Positions 61,000 to 64,000 of a stretch of DNA of 64,000 bases are shown here, piece by piece. The stretch spans positions 38,309 to 102,308 of the forward strand of contig WJMO01000004.1 in NCBI GenBank assembly GCA_014727915.1, in the 5' to 3' direction. Position 1 is the stretch's first letter. Each line of letters opens with the position of its first letter. Origin of the DNA: Candidatus Altiarchaeales archaeon (GTDB taxonomy: Archaea; Altiarchaeota; Altiarchaeia; IMC4; SCGC-AAA252-I15). The notes under the pieces are model-generated. The model was not told where the DNA came from, ran no database searches, and saw only the letters and a list, made by a program, of their open reading frames with translations. The position numbers were made by a program, and so were the translations under genes.

Positions 61000-61242
61000 C
61001 ATCCTAGTTGGCTCCAGCGAACCCTTTTCTTTCTTCCAAAGAAAGAAAAGTGTTTCATCCCAAAAGAAAGAAGGTTTGGGATATCAAAATCGCGCTGGAG
61101 CGCCGAGGCCCTTCCTGGGCCGATGACGAAAACAGACTTGGTCAAAGGCAAAAACAATATGCCTGGAACAAGAAAAGCCGAAAACCACAAAAACAAGGTT
61201 CGGAGTGACCAACCGATGGGGGTTCAAATCCCCCTGGCCCCA
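60980..61242 (+). tRNA. tRNA-Trp(CCA) with 190-nt intron at 37/38 (61018-61207)
   Basis: GGGGCTA/TGGCCCC+A73, stem GTTGG/CCAAC, CCA at 61014-16, TTCAAAT; strict BHB CTCC/GGAG with AGC and TGA bulges closed by GAACC/GGTTC. Confidence 0.95.
61018..61207 (+). ncRNA. Intron-encoded box C/D-like guide RNA (divergent)
   Basis: CGCTGGAGC (61093-101) complementary to 61011-19, followed by CCGA D-like box placing C34 at N+5; ATGACGA C'-like box; TTGGTCA complementary to 61206-12. Confidence 0.65.
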
Positions 61243-61246
61243 CACC

Positions 61247-61284
61247 TTTTTCTATTTGTTTTTTTTTTGGAGGGTTTTTTTTTT
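61247..61284 (+). terminator. Oligo-T terminator tract after tRNA-Trp
   Basis: Several T runs including two of 9-10 nt directly downstream of the tRNA. Confidence 0.6.
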
Positions 61285-61336
61285 GGATGTGGGGGTGAGA
61301 ATCAATCCAGGTCAGATTATTCTGTCGGATGGACTA

Positions 61337-62485
61337 CTAGCATTTGTAGGCGTGGAATAGGGTGGCTCCCAGTTTGACGCCGACCTCGTAGGCGTCCGAC
61401 TGCAGCTTGCAGGTTCCCTTGTTAAGGGATGTGTAGATGTGGCATGGTATCTTCAACGGGTTATACCATCTCTTCTCCTTGCATTGTTCCCTGTAGATGT
61501 CGAACATGGTGTCGCATATGCGGTCCATGTGGTCGTTGAATTCTTTGTCGCAGTGGTATTTGCTGTTGCCAGTTATCGCGCATTCCGCGTAGCATTTGTC
61601 GTGGTTGTAGCATGCGCGGTTGAAGTCCGCATCGGATGTGAGGTGCTCCCGCCTCACTAGGAATGATATGAACCTGTTCGATTCCGGGCCGCAGTAGTCG
61701 ACTGAGTTATTGTAGGGGGGGAACCTCTTGGGGTTTATCATCTCATGGCCTTCCCTTACTGTCGCGCAGCCCATCCAGTCCACGGCCAGGTCCGAGTTGG
61801 TGTACTCGGCCGGCAGATCCCTTATGCACGTGGTTTTCTCCGGGCACTTGCAGTCCTCCCGGCAGCTGTAACAGGACTCTGAAAGCCCTTCGCACCTCCC
61901 GTCCCCGCAATTCTCTCTTTTCAATGTTGTGGTGGTCACGATCGTGGTGGTCGTGCACGGTTCGCATCTTCCGCCGCAGTCGACTCCCCGTTCGTTCCTG
62001 TTCCTGATCCCGTCGCTGCAGCAGATGTCGCCCAGGCTGTCCCAGCATTCCCTCTGCCTTTCCTCGATTGGTTTCATGCAGGCGTCATAGGCTTCCCTGT
62101 CGGTGTATCCGAAAAGGTCTATTCCCTGGTAGGAGTTCGTGTACTTTACCGTGCAATCAAGGGCGCCTGCCGCATCGGCATAGTCGCATTTGCCCTTGTC
62201 GCACTCCCAGGCAGCGAGGCCCATGCACTTGTCATAGAGGGATATGAGGCATTTCTGCATCTCAAGACCGCACAGGCCCCGGCATTTCTTCTTCTCATAG
62301 TAGTCGCCGCCACAGCCTGCAACGCATGATTCCCTAGGCTCCACGCACTCCCCCCATTTAAGGTCGTCCAGGCACTGGAATGTGGTGTTATACTCCTGGG
62401 CGGAGCAGGAAACTGCCAGTGACGTCAAGACCAAGACTGCCACGAAAGCAATGCAGCCCTTCCTTTCCTTGAGTTTGCCAGTCAT
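61337..62485 (-). CDS. Secreted Cys-rich protein with C-terminal phospholipase A2-like domain
   Basis: Signal peptide (start MTGKLK), DYCGPE, FNRACYNHDKCY, CDKEF. Confidence 0.75.
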   Translation of the reverse strand: MTGKLKERKGCIAFVAVLVLTSLAVSCSAQEYNTTFQCLDDLKWGECVEPRESCVAGCGGDYYEKKKCRGLCGLEMQKCLISLYDKCMGLAAWECDKGKCDYADAAGALDCTVKYTNSYQGIDLFGYTDREAYDACMKPIEERQRECWDSLGDICCSDGIRNRNERGVDCGGRCEPCTTTTIVTTTTLKRENCGDGRCEGLSESCYSCREDCKCPEKTTCIRDLPAEYTNSDLAVDWMGCATVREGHEMINPKRFPPYNNSVDYCGPESNRFISFLVRREHLTSDADFNRACYNHDKCYAECAITGNSKYHCDKEFNDHMDRICDTMFDIYREQCKEKRWYNPLKIPCHIYTSLNKGTCKLQSDAYEVGVKLGATLFHAYKC

Positions 62486-62490
62486 CTTTT

Positions 62491-63702
62491 TTATCCTGTC
62501 AGCCAGTCGAAGTTCCCTCCTTTCTTGCAGGGGTAGGCGCCTATCGCGTCTCCGGAGGACATCACCGCTATCTCGTATGCGTGGGCTTGCCCGTAGCATA
62601 TCTGCAGGTTGAGTCCGTGTGCTATGGTATCAAAAGCCCTCAACGGGTTTAATATGCTCCTCTTCCGTATCTTGTTCATCCACCGGTTGTATGCGATCTT
62701 GCACTCCAGCTTCATGTCTCTCCTGAGTTGGTTGTCGCAGTCGATCTGCCTGTTACCCTTTGTCTCGCATTCCGCGTAGCATTTGTCGTGGTTGTAGCAG
62801 GCCTTCCGGAAGTCCACGTCGGAGAACCAGTTGCCGTCCGGTATCAACTTCATGATCACCCGATGGCCTTCGGGGCCGCAGTAGTCTTTCGTGGGGTCGA
62901 ACGTGGGGAATGTGGTTGTTGTCGTGGAAGTTGTTGTCGTTGTTGTCCTCCTTCGAAGGGTGGTTGTGGTCTTCCTCTTCGTGGTGGTCGTGGCCTTTAA
63001 TGTTGTCGTTGTCATCTCTGTGCAGCCTAACCTTTTATGCGTCAATCCGCCCATGTAGACGGATTCGGTATTTCCCCAGTAGCCGGGTTTGCAATAGCAG
63101 AAGCAGTATTTGCCGTTCTCCTTTCCGTAGGTGTTTCCGCCGTACAGGTAGTTGCAGAATTCCGTGCAAGAACCGAAGGTCTTGTAGAAAATGTCCACGT
63201 CGCATTCCGAGGGGCTTACCGAGATGACGATGCTGCCGTGCTCGCACTGCTTGCACTGGTACTTCAGCTCGAACGGCCCTTTTATCAGGGTGGCCGTATA
63301 GCTTTCCCCGAAGCTGACGCCGTCGTAGTCGCCGCCGGCGATTTCCAGGCTGTTCTGGCTCACAGCGCCATTATACCAGAAGGCGCAGAAATTTCCGTAC
63401 TCGTTGCAGGGCCTGGAACCGCGCTTTTCGCAGCTATAACCGCTTTTTATCAGCGTGTACGGGCCTGGGATGGAGAATGTCTTTGCCACCCAGTTCTTCC
63501 CATAACAGGGGGTTGACGCGAGGTCGCAGGCGCCCTCGCAGTCGAAGTCGTGGTGGTATGACTTATGGGTCCAACCCCCCTTGTCCACGCCATGAACGTC
63601 CCTGGTGTAGGAGAGCATAAAGTCGCCGCACGCATGAGACGATGAGAATGCTATGACGGAAAGAACGATAATTATCTTATATGCGGGCCTGCATTCCCTC
63701 AT
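62491..63702 (-). CDS. Secreted Cys-rich protein with Thr-rich linker and phospholipase A2-like domain
   Basis: Signal peptide, poly-Thr, DYCGPE, FRKACYNHDKCY, CDNQL. Confidence 0.75.
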   Translation of the reverse strand: MRECRPAYKIIIVLSVIAFSSSHACGDFMLSYTRDVHGVDKGGWTHKSYHHDFDCEGACDLASTPCYGKNWVAKTFSIPGPYTLIKSGYSCEKRGSRPCNEYGNFCAFWYNGAVSQNSLEIAGGDYDGVSFGESYTATLIKGPFELKYQCKQCEHGSIVISVSPSECDVDIFYKTFGSCTEFCNYLYGGNTYGKENGKYCFCYCKPGYWGNTESVYMGGLTHKRLGCTEMTTTTLKATTTTKRKTTTTLRRRTTTTTTSTTTTTFPTFDPTKDYCGPEGHRVIMKLIPDGNWFSDVDFRKACYNHDKCYAECETKGNRQIDCDNQLRRDMKLECKIAYNRWMNKIRKRSILNPLRAFDTIAHGLNLQICYGQAHAYEIAVMSSGDAIGAYPCKKGGNFDWLTG

Positions 63703-63781
63703 GACAGTAAATAATCAAATACGACGCAATAAAAACCTGATAGCGGCTGGCGGATGATTTCTTGTATTCTCTAACATGTTC

Positions 63782-64000
63782 CTACGTGAACAGCCCGCTC
63801 ACCCACCTTATCAGGTCGTCTGCCATGCTGCTTGCGGGCTGGTATGCCGGCTGGGTTGAGGTGGTTGTGGGGTTGCAGGTTCCGTCGGTGCATCCTGTGG
63901 GGCATGTGTAGTCGTTTAGTGCTCTTTGTTGTGTTTCGTGGTTGCACCATTGTTCGTATAGGTGGTTTGTTGTTTCGTGGCAGTGGTCCCAGTATTTGAA
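63782..64000 (-). CDS. C-terminal fragment of a Cys-rich repeat surface protein
   Basis: Hand translation FKYWDHC...LYEQWC...CPTGCTDGTC..TTTST...DDLIRWVSGLFT*; same repeat as 58445-60769. Confidence 0.7.
   Translation of the reverse strand, partial: FKYWDHCHETTNHLYEQWCNHETQQRALNDYTCPTGCTDGTCNPTTTSTQPAYQPASSMADDLIRWVSGLFT

Noticed and set aside
61579-62799. DGR template/variable repeat pair
   Set aside because: The 34-bp match is exact, covers a conserved catalytic motif, shows no adenine-specific variation, and no reverse transcriptase is present

Overview
Archaeal chromosomal window (archaeal ribosomal/RNAP genes, BHB-type tRNA introns; a DPANN-type lineage such as Ca. Altiarchaeota is plausible but only inferred). 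Bases 1-27.6 kb hold a large surface-glycan locus: GT2/GT4/GT-C glycosyltransferases, an Arn-like formyl-aminosugar module, CDP-glucose genes with a split transketolase, and heptose genes tal-gmhA-gmhB. Bases 27.6-57 kb are housekeeping: Lon-like ATPase, GINS, RFC, IleRS, AspRS, ABCE1, the S13-S4-S11-RpoD-L18e-L13-S9-RpoN-RpoK-S2 cluster and enolase. Bases 57-64 kb encode secreted Cys-rich modular proteins (transglutaminase-like, two phospholipase A2-like). Non-coding highlights read from the sequence: three intron-containing tRNAs (Ser-UGA 37/38; Leu-GAG at non-canonical 21/22; Trp-CCA with a 190-nt remodelled C/D-guide intron), a candidate H/ACA guide RNA for 23S helix 69, and exact duplications of tRNA termini enclosing short structured spacers at the Ser and Trp loci. 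No CRISPR array, integrase or transposase was seen. Protein calls rest on motif recognition, not database searches.
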